Positions 25,674 to 38,109 of a stretch of DNA of 64,000 nucleotides are shown here, in pieces. The notes under the pieces were generated by a model. It was given only the letters and a program-made list of their open reading frames with translations, did no database searches and was not told the DNA's origin. The translations under genes were made by a program, and so were the position numbers. The stretch is from Selaginella moellendorffii (Eukaryota; Plantae; Lycopodiophyta): positions 925,460 through 989,459 of the forward strand of contig NW_003314262.1 of the NCBI RefSeq assembly GCF_000143415.4, read 5' to 3'. Position 1 is the stretch's first letter. Each line of letters opens with the position of its first letter.

Positions 25674-25876
25674 CTATGATACCAATTGAAAGTACCTAGC
25701 TGCCAAATAGCACACTGTAGCAAGAGTTTATCATCTCCCAGCCACGCCTGAGCCACTCTACTCTCCTGCTCACAAGGTGTGAGCTTGCTACCTTGCCTAA
25801 CCTAGATTAGATTAGGGTTAATTGACCTTGAGCCTTAATACTAAATATTCTTGTTGGATATTATTTGAGGATTACA
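25674..25876 (-). mobile_element. Probable short (~190 bp) LTR with adjacent Met PBS
   Basis: On the minus strand it reads TGTAAT...ACTTTCA followed by a-t-TGGTATCATAG, and shares ggctcaagg and gctcaca words with the B LTR. Confidence 0.45.
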
Positions 25877-25899
25877 CGATAAACCTTGTGTGTAAAGCT

Positions 25900-26600
25900 C
25901 AACAGAGGCCAATCGAACTTTGAAAGAAATCTCCCCTGAGATTGTTTGGGACACTTTCTCAAGTGCAACTTAATCAGGCAGGTGGTGGGACTTTCTTCTA
26001 TTCTGCAAGGCTCTGGCCTCCCTCAGAAAGGAGACTCACCACCTTTGCTAATCAGCTCCATTTCTCGTCCAAGAGCACAGCAAGACATGAGTTTTCGTTT
26101 CATCAGGCAGCAGAGCCAGTCACATCCTCTGTTAAGGTCGGCATCTTTTCCCTCACACTGGAAACAAGGCGATGGATCTTCAAATTAACAGCAAAAGACT
26201 TAAATAGAGGCTTGGGGATTGATTAATTTCACTCTCAGATCCTTGATCCAGTTTATGATTTGAATATGCTAACCGCCTCCATGTACTTTATCATGGAGTG
26301 ACCTCTCTACTTGGACACCATATTCTCACGAGCTTTGCAGCCCTTTCTCAGCTCAACTTTCAGACCTCTCTGGACATCCATGGCACTCATGGACCACACT
26401 GCCAAGCTACAGCAGAGACGAAGCTTCTTTTTAGGCTTTTCACCTGGAGCTACTTCTCGTGCCCACACAGGTCGACACTTGCTCACAGCATTCCGCAATG
26501 GAGGTGTCTTCGGCAACAGCCATTGGTATCTCTCCTTTACCAGGTCTCCTGGGCTGCCATTTCCACTTGTAGCAGTCTACTCCACACGGCAGCCGCAGCT
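25900..26600 (+). pseudogene. Possible decayed non-LTR (L1-like) ORF2 segment downstream of RT
   Basis: Broken frames give LNQ....FFYSARLWPPS, KVG...L.....GLGI and LRQQPL, loosely like plant LINE post-RT motifs. The match is weak. Confidence 0.3.
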
Positions 26601-27580
26601 TCTTCTCGTCACCACCTTACATCTTTCTGGCCTTGTTACCAACTTGGTGCCTGCTCCGCTCCTTACCTCTATCTTGTAGAAAGCTGGAAATTTGACTCCC
26701 TTCCATTATGCACCTGCAAGAATGTACATTGAAACAAGCTATGCAATGTTGAGAGATTGAGCTTTTGTCTTTGAATTTTTTAATGGCAAGTGTTGATAAA
26801 AGATTTGGTTGGAATGTTGCCTTGCATCTTTGCTTACGATGAGTGGTAAGATAACTGTAACTTAAGAATTGGCTATTTCTCTGCCACATAGCATGGAAAA
26901 GGTGCGTTCAAGTTAATCTTATATAGCGTTATATACCGAGACAGCAGCAAGGAAGCTCAAGGATATGGCGTAAATTTGTTGAAGAAGAGATTTCCTTATT
27001 TTCCTCTGCAAATGCACTTCTAGTTCTCTAAAAAGATTAGTCACCTAAAATATGAGAGCTTGCAACACTATTAAAAGTAGAATCTAAATTTTTCTTAGCA
27101 AACACTATTAATCACTAGCTTAAAGTTTCTTTGTAGCATAAAATTAACAGTGATGCTCACCACCACGTGGGATCCATAGAAGGAGTGCCAGATGCACTAG
27201 GCCTGGGTAGGAATTCAAGTCATCATCCTATTGTTTTCCTTAAAGAGCTGAGGATTCATTGTCAATGATGAGTCCTTGCTTTCTACTAAATCCTGTAGAG
27301 ATGCAACCAGTACAAGTGCACTACCTCTCAAAAGATGGAGGAAGATACTGATCAGAAGGGGTTAATGAACAGTGTCACATTTTATAAAATGGAAACACTC
27401 ACAGCCCACATAACAAAGAAACTGATGAACTAAGGCAATTCATAAACCGAAGTGTGTATAGGCCAGCTAGCCTCTTCCTCGCTCTTCATTGAAATGCCAG
27501 CTAGTTATCATTACTTCCATAAAGTTACTTAGGATGAAAAAAGATCTCTAGGTCTGGGAGTTGTCAGCAAAATAGCAAGA

Positions 27581-30510
27581 ATGTGCCCCGATGTCTCCAG
27601 TTTCAAAACACTCTTGGAGCATAAAGAAAAAGAAATTGTAGGTCTTTGTGAAGAGCAACTTCTTGCTTTGCAACACCAGGTACATGGAATTGTACAGTGA
27701 AGATTGAATTTGTTTCTCTGGCAACCTCTGTCAGAAGGACAAGGAAATCTCGGAATTGACAAGTAGGCTTGTCCAGCTGCAAGAAGATTTTAAGGTTCTT
27801 GGCATCTGTTAATCCTCGACCTGAAGTTCCTGAATGATGTAGTATAACCTTTCTCTGCTGGACGAGCGCGATGCGGAGCTTACGGAATATGATGCATCAA
27901 TCCCTGTGCTCCAGGTGCCTTGTGCTAGTTACAGGATTTTAAACAAATCTATACATAGTAGGCATCAGCTTTCGAAGCAGATGAACGTCTGAAAGAAGCA
28001 ACAATTGCGCTAGCACGATTATCACAGGTGAAAATACATTAGGTTTCACCCCAGAAAGTTTAGTGTCAAGCAGGAAAAGCAACGACTTTTGGAACATGAA
28101 AAACACTTACAAGGAGAGCGCAATATGCTCTACAAACAGGTATAATTCATTTCCAGTTTTCCATATTCACCTTTTTGTGAAGGTGGAAACCCTAAAAGAT
28201 GAAAAGAAAATCCTTTTGAAACAACTGCAGCAAGTTCAATCGGAAATTGCTGGTATGGCTGAAAGGCTGAAAAACTTTAATAGAAACACTCCTCCAGATC
28301 TTAGAAAACAAATTTCTCAAAAAGAAATTGAGTTTGCGAAGGAACTCCAAAAATTGGACTGTGAGAAATTGGATGGCTTGCGCAAGCAGAAGCTGGAGTC
28401 AGAGGTATGTTTCCTGTCGTCTATAAACGGTTTGGCTACAGTCGGCTTCCAGGCTGCAATGGATGAAGTATCAGCAAAATTGCAATCGGAGTTGACATAC
28501 TTTGTAAGTTGTACTTGTCAACTTGCTGACTGTCCACTGGAAATGACTGCACAGAGGTGTAAGCTCGATGAAGAGAGTCAGAAATGTAAAGAGCAAGTGC
28601 GATCGGTAAGTTAGCAAGCTTTCCCTACAAAACTTGGTCAACGTCTACACTGCCACAGGAGCTGGAATTGCGTGCCACTGTTGTGGACAAGAACCAGCAG
28701 ATACAGGTGCACGACTACGCTGTTTCTTCACGTACGTAACCCTGTGCTCTCTAGAGGATGGATTCCATAATTCAGCAATTACAAAGAGAAAGTGAGCGCT
28801 TAGAACTTGAATCTGAACTGGAGAGAAAACATCTTGTTGGGACACTTAAAGAGGTCGAAAGTGAATGTGAAGACCATAAAGAACAAGTTGCACATTTGGT
28901 ACGCAAGAATGAGGCTTTGCAACAAAGCTGCAAGGATTGGGAAAAGGACAAACTTGAGATTTTGAGCATGTACAATGAAAAGGTCAGGACATTTCGAGCT
29001 CGTTTTTTTAAAACTATGATGTTCACACAGATTGAGCAAGTTGGAAAGGAGAAGGAAAACCTGAGAAAGCAATTGAGGGATGCGCAGCAGTCAGAGGCGG
29101 ACCTGAGAAGGACACTGTCAGCTCAAGAACATCGCAACAAGGTTTAAATGCAGGAGAATTTCCTTCTGTGCACTGATAAAGACTATTTTTCTTTCCTAGG
29201 AATGCGATCTTCAGTGTGATAAATGGAAACTAAAGTGCGAAACTGCTCAGTATCAACTTAGACTTCTTGAGGTAGTTGAGGAAATTGTTTATGGTTTCTG
29301 CTAACATTTATCAGGAGGCATATGCACGAGAGAGGGAGGCCCTTGTGAAGATCCATGAGTACAATGTACGTGTTGTGGTAATAACTTTCACTACCTCACT
29401 AGCTTTTTAGTCGCGTATGCCAAATTCAAGAGCTAGTCGTCAAAAGCCCGATACAGTTCTGGACTCATGGCCCTTTGAGCCGGAGGATACCATCCCAGAT
29501 CTTGATACCCAACGTATTGAATATGAGAATCGAAGACTAAGAAGCACATTACAAGATTTTCAAGAGGAAAATGCCAAACTAAGAGGGATTGTCGGTATGC
29601 AGATATATTTAATACCTACTGCATGGATATTACCCATAAGTCCTTAGAATCAATGCGCCTTGAGATGGAGAGCCTCCAAGAGCATACTATAGAAATGGGA
29701 ACCAAGCCAACTGAACTAAAAACTTTTGATACAAAGGCACGGTTCAATCTCCAAATTTTCCTGAGCTAGTTCGTTGTTTCTTGCCAGGTTCAGATAGATG
29801 AAGTGAAAAATCTTCAAAATGAGCTGCAGTCACTTAAAGATATGATAACTAAAATGGCATCAAAACTGCAATCTTCTGGCGATGCAAAGAAAGATAAGCA
29901 TGAAAAAGTCAATGAAGACATTTCCAGGTAGTTTGTCTTTGGCAGGTGTAAATTATGATTGAACTTTAAGGTGTAGCGACATACAGGAGACCCATGACCT
30001 GGAGCGGTCTCAAGTGATATTGCGTACACAACTAGAAGGAGCAATCGGAGATATCGCACGCATAACAAATGAGCGGGATTTGTTGATGGAGTTGAGCAAC
30101 TCATTACGTGCAGATCTCAATAGGTGCTTAAATTTCTGAAAAATAGGTTGCTGTCTCAAAATATTTTGCACAGGGCGCGGAAATGGGTTGCACCATGTGT
30201 GGAAGATGAAACACCTGACATTCACTGCTCGGAAGCAGTAAGTTGCCTACGTGATTACCATGATGTGAAAACATTGTGCAATCAGATGAAATCGGACCGT
30301 CTGCTAGTGGAAGGTAATATGGCGCCCCAACATTCAAGAAGTCCATCTCAAGCAACGACCCATAAGGTTCGACTAAAACCATGTTCTCTATTTATGGCAT
30401 CCTTATTCAATCAGGGGACCGAGAGTCAACAATCTAGACTGAGAAAGATGAAATTGAAAGAACCGTATAAGCAGAAAGTTAGAAATTACAACATTAAAGA
30501 CGATGTGTAA
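27581..30510 (+). CDS. CCDC57: Coiled-coil domain-containing protein 57 orthologue (centriole/basal-body protein); multi-exon, upstream exons possible
   Basis: Spliced MCPDVSSFKTLLEHKEKE...RLVQLQEDFK|YNLSLLDERDAELTEYD matches recalled CCDC57 LQEDFVYNLQVLEERDLELERYD. QEENAKLRGIVESMRLEMESL and ERDLLMELSNSLRADL match internal blocks. The C-terminus KVRNYNIKDDV* (TAA 30508-30510) matches the KIRNYN terminal motif. Confidence 0.85.
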
Positions 30511-30603
30511 AATAACCTCCGTGGCACAAAGGGACGTGGCAAGTTTTAAACGAACAGGTGTGACCTGGGTTTTTCGAAATTCTCGAGAAGAAACTGAGGA
30601 GAA

Positions 30604-31827
30604 ATGGAAGGCACATCAGAGCAGAGCCAAAACAAAATTGAGGAAGAATCAGCTGCTAATACCCTCCATGTGGACTCGACAAAAGCACGTGACAATGGGC
30701 CACTTGAATCCAACATGTGTTATCGCGCTGTACATATGGATCCACACCTGTGGGGAACACTTCCAGAAGATATACTTGACAGAGTGCTCGCCTGGCTTCC
30801 CACTCAAGCCCTAATCCGTTCTCGGAGTGTGTGTAGCCGCTGGAACTCCATAACCAGTTCCAACACCTTCCTCCACATCTACTCTCGGGTCCCTAGCAAA
30901 GACTCATGGATTCTCATGTTTGCGGATCCGCACTACAAGTCTGTCTTTGTCTACATCCCCAAAACCAACAAATGGCTCAATATGCCATTGGGCTTCCTGC
31001 CCTCCCACGTCGACAATGTTACTGTCGCAGGTGGATTGCTTTGCTTCCGAATGCTTGACTCCAACGGATCGTCTAGCATGTGCATCTGCAATCCGCTGAC
31101 CAGGACGTGGAGGAAACTCCCACCTATGCTCGGGCGCTGGTGCGGAAACTTGGTGGGTGTGGTCGTGGACAATGAACACCTGGAAAATGAGGAACGGAGC
31201 ACATATAAAATTGTCGTGCAGACAAAGCACATGGTCCCCTACGGACTACGAACCGAGGTGTTCAGCTCGCACACGGACTTATGGACAATTACTGGAGCGT
31301 CCGAGGCCAATTTTACTACTGGCTCTGCTTTCTGCAATGGTCATCTCTACTTCATGACCTGGGAGGCACATAACGGCGAGTTCATATGTGATGGTGTCTA
31401 TGCTTACAACCTTGAGCAGGGGATTTGGAACCGAGCCCTTGCTCCGATGCCGTACTTTTATATCTGTCCTCACCTGGTGGAATGTGGAGGGCATCTGCTC
31501 ATGATTGGCGGCTTTTGGGAGCAGCCGGTGATCACTGTAGGGATACGGGTCTGGGAACTCAAGCAAGCAACACTAGAGTGGGCGATAGTGGAGACCATGC
31601 CGCAACACTTGTTTAAACATCTGCTCAAACGGCCCGGGTACCGGCTTTTTAACTGCGTCGGCCACGGGGAACTTATATACCTCAGCGAGTGCCTCAGTCC
31701 CCAGCTATTTGTCGTTTTTGATTTTCCAAGGAAAAGGTGGTTTCAGATGGATACCTCCCCGCCAAACCATTATAGGGCCACCTTCTCCTGGTTCTCGTTT
31801 TGCCCTCGTCTTGATGCACGAGTATAG
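30604..31827 (+). CDS. Intronless F-box protein with FBA/kelch-like beta-propeller (LCR/HWS/UFO-like group)
   Basis: 407 aa ORF with an F-box (WGTLPEDILDRVLAWLP...RSRSVCSRWNSI), GGLLCF, ICNPLTRTWRKLPPM, HLVECGGHLLMIG, VWEL..LEW..VETMP and a C-terminal FCPRLDA. Confidence 0.93.
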   Translation: MEGTSEQSQNKIEEESAANTLHVDSTKARDNGPLESNMCYRAVHMDPHLWGTLPEDILDRVLAWLPTQALIRSRSVCSRWNSITSSNTFLHIYSRVPSKDSWILMFADPHYKSVFVYIPKTNKWLNMPLGFLPSHVDNVTVAGGLLCFRMLDSNGSSSMCICNPLTRTWRKLPPMLGRWCGNLVGVVVDNEHLENEERSTYKIVVQTKHMVPYGLRTEVFSSHTDLWTITGASEANFTTGSAFCNGHLYFMTWEAHNGEFICDGVYAYNLEQGIWNRALAPMPYFYICPHLVECGGHLLMIGGFWEQPVITVGIRVWELKQATLEWAIVETMPQHLFKHLLKRPGYRLFNCVGHGELIYLSECLSPQLFVVFDFPRKRWFQMDTSPPNHYRATFSWFSFCPRLDARV

Positions 31828-32148
31828 ACGCTACTGAGCTAAAAACTAAAAAGCGATCGGAGTATAACAGTGCAATAGTTTAGTTTCTGAAAGCCATGTA
31901 GAATCTCCAGAAACAAAGAAAGTTAATCAGGAATCGCTAAACTTGTGGCATAAGATAGGCCTAGAAGCATAACTATATCCATAGAGAGCGCTCAGAGAGT
32001 TCAATACATTATTCTGAACAAGTCTTCGCGCGATATAAAAGCAAGGGGAAACTGCTTGGACGTCATGTGATTTCAACGGGTGTCTTCTGTGTAGCCGTTG
32101 GATGGGAGTTATCTAGGCCATCAGTCCCAGTTGGCGGCATTTTCCCAA

Positions 32149-33556
32149 ATGCTGAAGATGTCCGAAAAAGCTTCGACGTTTGATCTCTTGCGATGGTCTG
32201 TGCCATTCCAAGAGGAAAACACCCTCAGCAAGACTCCAGACCGTCATCTGACCACACCAGTCCATAACAAATTCAGGGACTATTCCGACATTAGAGCTCA
32301 CCAGGTAAAAAAGATTAACTAGTCACAGCAGCTTAAAGCCTGCTTTTGTTTTAGAGAGCAAGTAGGATTCATTTTGGCGATGTGGTTACGGCTACTGGTC
32401 CTGTTGCCGGAACAAAAGAAATCGACAGCTTTGGTGAGGCTGCCAAAAAGAGGGACTTAAACGAAAGTCTGGAAACGGATGAATACACCATCGAAGGTCA
32501 CCAGTCGGATGCCAAAGCAAGAGAACTCGTTGGAAGTAACATTTTCGGGAAAGTTCCAAAGGTTGAGGATTCTAAAAACGGGTTGTTTTCTTATATGATA
32601 TTGTTGCAGTCTCCTCCGGGAAGACCTAAAACGCCTGAGAGGAAGCGGCCTACGAAACAAAAAGCTAACGAGCTCACAGGCGATGAGATATTCAAATCCA
32701 AACCTCTTCCATCACCTCCTGATAAACTTGTGTGTGACGAAAAAATCAGGGAGCTAAATGGCAACGATATTTTTTCAGATGGAGAAAAACCTTCTAGAAG
32801 AAGAAACCCGCCAGGCAATAACTTTAAGTTAAAAACAATATAGCTGAAGATGCTGTTTCGTTGCAGATGTTGCTGCTAAAATTAAACAGTTCTATGGAAC
32901 AAATCCTGCACTGCCGGATGTTAAAGAAAGTGCATTCTTGATGGCTCATCCTAAGAAAATGTCAGGTATTAATGCTACTGAAATAAATAATTTTGAAAAT
33001 TCACTTGAAATTTACGACAGATAAACACACTAGCGGAACTAAAATCAAAGAAATTGAAGGAAACTATGATCTGTTTTGTGGCCAAGATTGTCTGGATGTT
33101 GACAAGGCACCGCTTGGATTTCCACCTATTGGTCCGTAGCAACGTACATAAATTTATTTTTAAGTGCCTGTGAATGTGTAGGTCCTCATCCTGCAAAACG
33201 AAAGGAGCACATTGGAACAGATGGGTATCCTCCTGACACTCGTTTCCGTTACGACTCTGTAGCAGTTCCAAAAGCCAAAGGTCCATCGTCTCTTTAATTA
33301 TAGCACTGAACTCCAAAGGAGACTTCTCTACCTGCAGAGAAGTACCATGGTGATATGAAGCATCAGGAAATGAGTGGAAACTATGATCTATTGAGTTATG
33401 CACCGAACAGGCGCGACCTTGCTGGTTACGTTAAATGCACCCCTGGTATTAATGCATGATCTTTACAATCACCTCAGAGTTTTCTCAACAGAAAAATCTG
33501 TGAGCATGGCAAAGCGGAGCGAGATGGTGGGTAATGGTATATTTGGACAAGTGTAG
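32149..33556 (+). CDS. DUF4057 / HN1(Jupiter)-like repeat protein, multi-exon
   Basis: N-terminal STFDLLRWS is followed by repeated AK..E..G..IF units (AKARELVGSNIF, KANELTGDEIF, EKIRELNGNDIF, TKIKEIEGNYDLF, AKRSEMVGNGIF), with TAG at 33554-33556. Confidence 0.82.
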
Positions 33557-34179
33557 GTACAGCTTTGTCCTAATTAATTAAAACTTGTTTTCTTTAATGA
33601 GACATGAAGCTCTAGCTGAGATTTTATTTTAGATAGATAGATATTTTTCACCGCAGCGCCTTGGTCATCTACTGTTTCCTAGAGCAGAGAGGAGAGGAGG
33701 AGCAAGTTCCAAGTTCCTTCCTGATTGCTCTCATTCCCGTCCTAGGCTACCCTCCCATGAGAGAGATATTCGATATGCACAAAACTCTCTACACGTATTC
33801 TTAAAAAATATCCAATGTTATTTATACTCTGTACGATGTCTCCTTGTTTCTAAATCTGATGCTGTTGTTGACGCTTGTCTTTCAGAATGCAATTTCCTGA
33901 TCTCGAATTTCATCACGTGGCTGATATCCTTGAGGTTGTCGTTATAACCCTAGAAAAGTCTCCCAGCTTGTGATCATCCTCAACTATGCCATTTGACATC
34001 CAATACTACTTGAAGTGAGTGATGTGCCAATCTGTTTAGAATGAAATAAGTAAACAAGAATGTGAGCGGTCCACAAGTCTGCGCTTTAAATATGTACAAG
34101 AATAAGAAAAAATGCTTTAATCTCTCAAAAACGAGTCTCTCATGTTAGGTTCACCACATGTTGGAGCATTTCTAAAGCT

Positions 34180-34310
34180 CCCTATACATGTTGAAGAGTA
34201 TGTGCATGACTTCATGGAGACTTTCCTTGATGATGTTCCTATCTTAAGAATTGGCAGAGCATCTAGGAGATCCAACGAATCCAAGCTCTATCCTCACAGA
34301 AGAATGTGAT
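34180..34310 (+). pseudogene. Very old gypsy RT relic
   Basis: EYVHDFMETFLDDVPIL..ESKLY resembles [11 protein letters not shown](D/N)IL...KLY at 48750-48870. Confidence 0.35.
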
Positions 34311-37300
34311 GTGCTCATCCCAGGTGCTCTTAACAGATATGCACTTTCACGGTCACATCCACGAAGAGCTCAAGCCCAACAATGGGGCAGAACCCTATTC
34401 TTCTGTCTCTCCGAGCTAATATAAAAGGAGATTATTCTGAGCATCCAAAATATTCCACTGCGCTCACACAAAACTGGAACTCCATGTGCTTCTTGACGGC
34501 TTACAATCACTGGCCATTGAGTGACAAGGAGTGTAAGAATTGGTGACAAAATAAATGAAAAGTGTGCATTTCAATGGTAAACCCTATTGTTTTAGTTATT
34601 TTCTTGCAAAAGGATTTTGAACTGGAGAGGATAAATGTTGGTGATCTAGTGTTCTACATTCTTTTTCAAGTGTTTTAGTTTTTGGTCATGATGAAGCAAG
34701 AGTAGTTACAACATTTTACAAAATTCAGATAACATCTGGAAGGCAATAGTGGTTGAATTTCCATATTTATGGGAATTTGTTTTAGGACTCGAAGCATTTT
34801 CTTCCTGGCAGACATTTTTGAAAGAGTCATGTGTTAAATGTTCATCACAATAGTGAATAGATTGTGCTCCCTATTTTCAACTAAGAAAAATATCATGTAA
34901 GAGACCACAAAATCTCATTACCAAAAGAATCACAATAAATCATTGTTCTATTGTTTTATTTTTTAAAGATGTGTTGTTCTATTCTAAACATCTTCTCAAA
35001 TTGCAATGTTCTCTACTTCTCCCAGCAGAGTTGGGGGGGTCCCTGCTAGCTTACGTGTGTGTCCATGAGCCCAGTGTTAGAGTCGGCAGCTAGATAGTGG
35101 AGGCTTACCATGATCACTTGCAAGTAGAGGTGTAATTGGCAGCTTCATTCTCATTCACTATGTGGGCAGGTTCCCATGGTCTCGGAAGGATGCCCTTTGC
35201 AGTGTGACTCATCGACGCAGTAGTGAGAATGTCTTGGTAATTGTTACCAGAGGTGGCCAGCATTAAACAAGTAGGTTGTTATTGGAAACATGGTATTTGA
35301 TGTACTATTGGAGCCATCGCATCATCTTACAAGAGGCAATGAACAGAGCTGACTGCTTGGAAATGCACACTCCAAGTGTGTTATGATCCGGCGCAAAAGA
35401 TAGAGATTTAGTCTTCCTAAAGTACACTACACTTCCTCTTAAGGTTCCTCACCACCCAACCACCCCCAAGCTACCTCAAAAGCTCTACTATGCTGTCACT
35501 CCACTATGAGCCCTAGGGTAGGTTACTCTAATATGTCTTTATATACCCTTGAGCCTCCCTCTGACCGATGTCAACCACATGGTCAAAGCTGACATCTAAC
35601 AATTCAACAAAGTCCTTGTCCCAAGGACGAATTGTGCTGGTGATCACCCTTTCTGCGGAAATCTACTCAAGCTCTTGGTCCATCTCCCACAGCCGTATAC
35701 ATCAAGGAGGCATTGGGCCCTTCACTCGGAGATAGCACACCTTTCAACTGATTAACATAAAATATTGGATGAATTTTCACCCCAACTGGCAGCCACACCC
35801 GATAAGCTACTTTACCAATACACTCCAGCACTTGGGAAAGTTTATCACTCGTCCCTGTCTATAAAGGCACCAAAGTGTTCTACCACTCACTTGACGGAAA
35901 TATCACTCACACAAAAACGAGATCACCCACCTTATATTCCCGGAATTGGCAATGCTTATTAGCAAACTTCTCTACTCTATCTTGAGCGGCCTATAAATTT
36001 TATTTGCACACCACTAGAATCTCATCAAGTTCTATGGCTAGATCAATTGCCTCAGAATGAAGCTTATCTTGAACATCCTTATTTAAATGCAATCCCAATT
36101 CCACTACTATTCAAACATGGCAAAGTAAAGACCTAGCTTAGTTCCATTGTGTTGGCTATTATTGTTAGCAAATTGCACTAATTTAGATATGGATCCCATT
36201 GTCCCTACCTTTCACTGATGCTATAACATACCATATCCTCCACCACTTAATTCACATGCTCAATTTGCCCATCCATTTGAGGATGATCTCCACTCAAGAA
36301 TTTCAAGTCACTTGCATAGCCTTTGCAAAGCTCTTCCAAAATCCACTTGTGAATTTTGAATCTCGATCACTAATGTCCTCTGGCAAACCAAAATTACAAA
36401 AAACTTTCTCAAGGTAGACGACAGCTAAGTTTGGAGTAGTGACAATCTTTTGAAGAGCCAACAACTGCATATACTTCATCAACTAATCCACTATAACCCA
36501 TACTTGCTCCTTTTGCCTCTATGTGTGTAACAAACAAGTGATGAAGTCTATACACATACTACATCAACGGCTCTGAGAAATAGGTAAAGGTTGCAAAACT
36601 TACCTTGGTTTCTCTCATGGCACCTTAACATACTAACAAAGCTTGCATGATTACAATACTAGAGGATATCAATCTTCATATTCCTCCAATAAAAATTGCA
36701 CTTAATCAAGTTATACATCTTCTTCCCCCCAAGATGACTGGCCTTTGGACAATCATGATAGTGGAATAAAACTTGAGTAATTAACACATCCACTCGTGGC
36801 AAATATACATAGCCATATCTCATCCACCAAAGAAAAAGGGGCTTCCATGTGGTTTCCCAAAGAGGCCACCTCGGCATCTTGAGCTTGAGCACGCTCAAGC
36901 AACTGCCCAAACTTGCTGACCACCTTACTCAAATGATGATAAAACTGTGTTTATAACATTGTTACATGACAAACATGAAATAAAGCATCTGCCACCACAT
37001 TTGTTTTTCCCAGATGATACTCAATAAAAAACTCCCCAAAGCACCATAAAGATAGTGCTGCCACATCCGCAAAGCATGAACAATAGAGAGTAACTCTTGC
37101 TCATTTGTGGAATAGCATTGCTTTATAGGATTTAAAGTTTAACTCTCATATACAATAGGCTGTCCCTCTTGTATGAGAACTCTTCCCAATCTATAACCAC
37201 TCGCATCACATATCACCTCATAAATATTTGAAGGATCAGCAATAACTCAACAACTGTTTCAACACCACAAAACTCTCCTCTTATGGCTTCTTCCACTTAA

Positions 37301-38109
37301 ATGGCATATTCTTGTGCAATAACCATGTCAAATAAATATCACCTCCACAAACTTATGTTAGAAACGTTAATAGTAACTAGCTATACCAAGGAAATTATGT
37401 AACTTAGCCATTGTAGTTGGTGTAGGTTAATTCTCCACCACAACCACCTTCCTTAGATCTGTTTTGACACCTTTAGATGTCACATTATGGCCTAAATACT
37501 CCACCTTTAACTTTGCAAACTTATATTTACTCTTTTTCAAATAAAGTTTGCTGTTACAGAATAACAAAAGAACCTTGTGCAATGCACCTTATGCTCCTCC
37601 ATATTCTTGCTGAAAACAAGAATATTATCTAAGAAAATCTCCATAAACTCATGAAGATAATGCCTAAATACTTATGTCATCAACTGAGTAAATGTGGCTA
37701 GTGCATTCATCAAACCAAACAGCATAAATGTAAACTCAAAATGTTTGAAGCTTGTGTTGAATGCCATTTTGGAAATAGATGCATCATCCATTGCAATTTG
37801 ATGATATCCACTGCTTAGATCAATCTTAGTAAATACTCATGCTTGACCAAGCTTGTCTAAGATTTCATCCACCATGGCATCAACATTTTATCCTTCACTA
37901 TCTTCTTATTCAAGGCATGGTAGTCAATACACATCTGCATTAAATCATCTTTTTTCACAAGCAAAACTAAAGCACTAAAGGGAGACTTACTTGGCTGAAT
38001 AAATCTAAACTCAAGTAATTCCTTGACTTGTTAAACTTCTTGCTCCTCCGCATAACTTAACCGGAATGGATGTCAGTAAATTGGCTGTGTCCCTAGCTCT
38101 AACATAATT

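Noticed and set aside
31585-31605. miR394 target site, as in LCR-type F-box genes
   Set aside because: The equivalent position reads gtggagaccatgccg, too far from the recalled site GGAGGTTGACAGAATGCCAA.
35025-35378. Exon of a TE-disrupted gene (PPR-like)
   Set aside because: Stops occur in all three forward frames and the motif resemblance is too weak.
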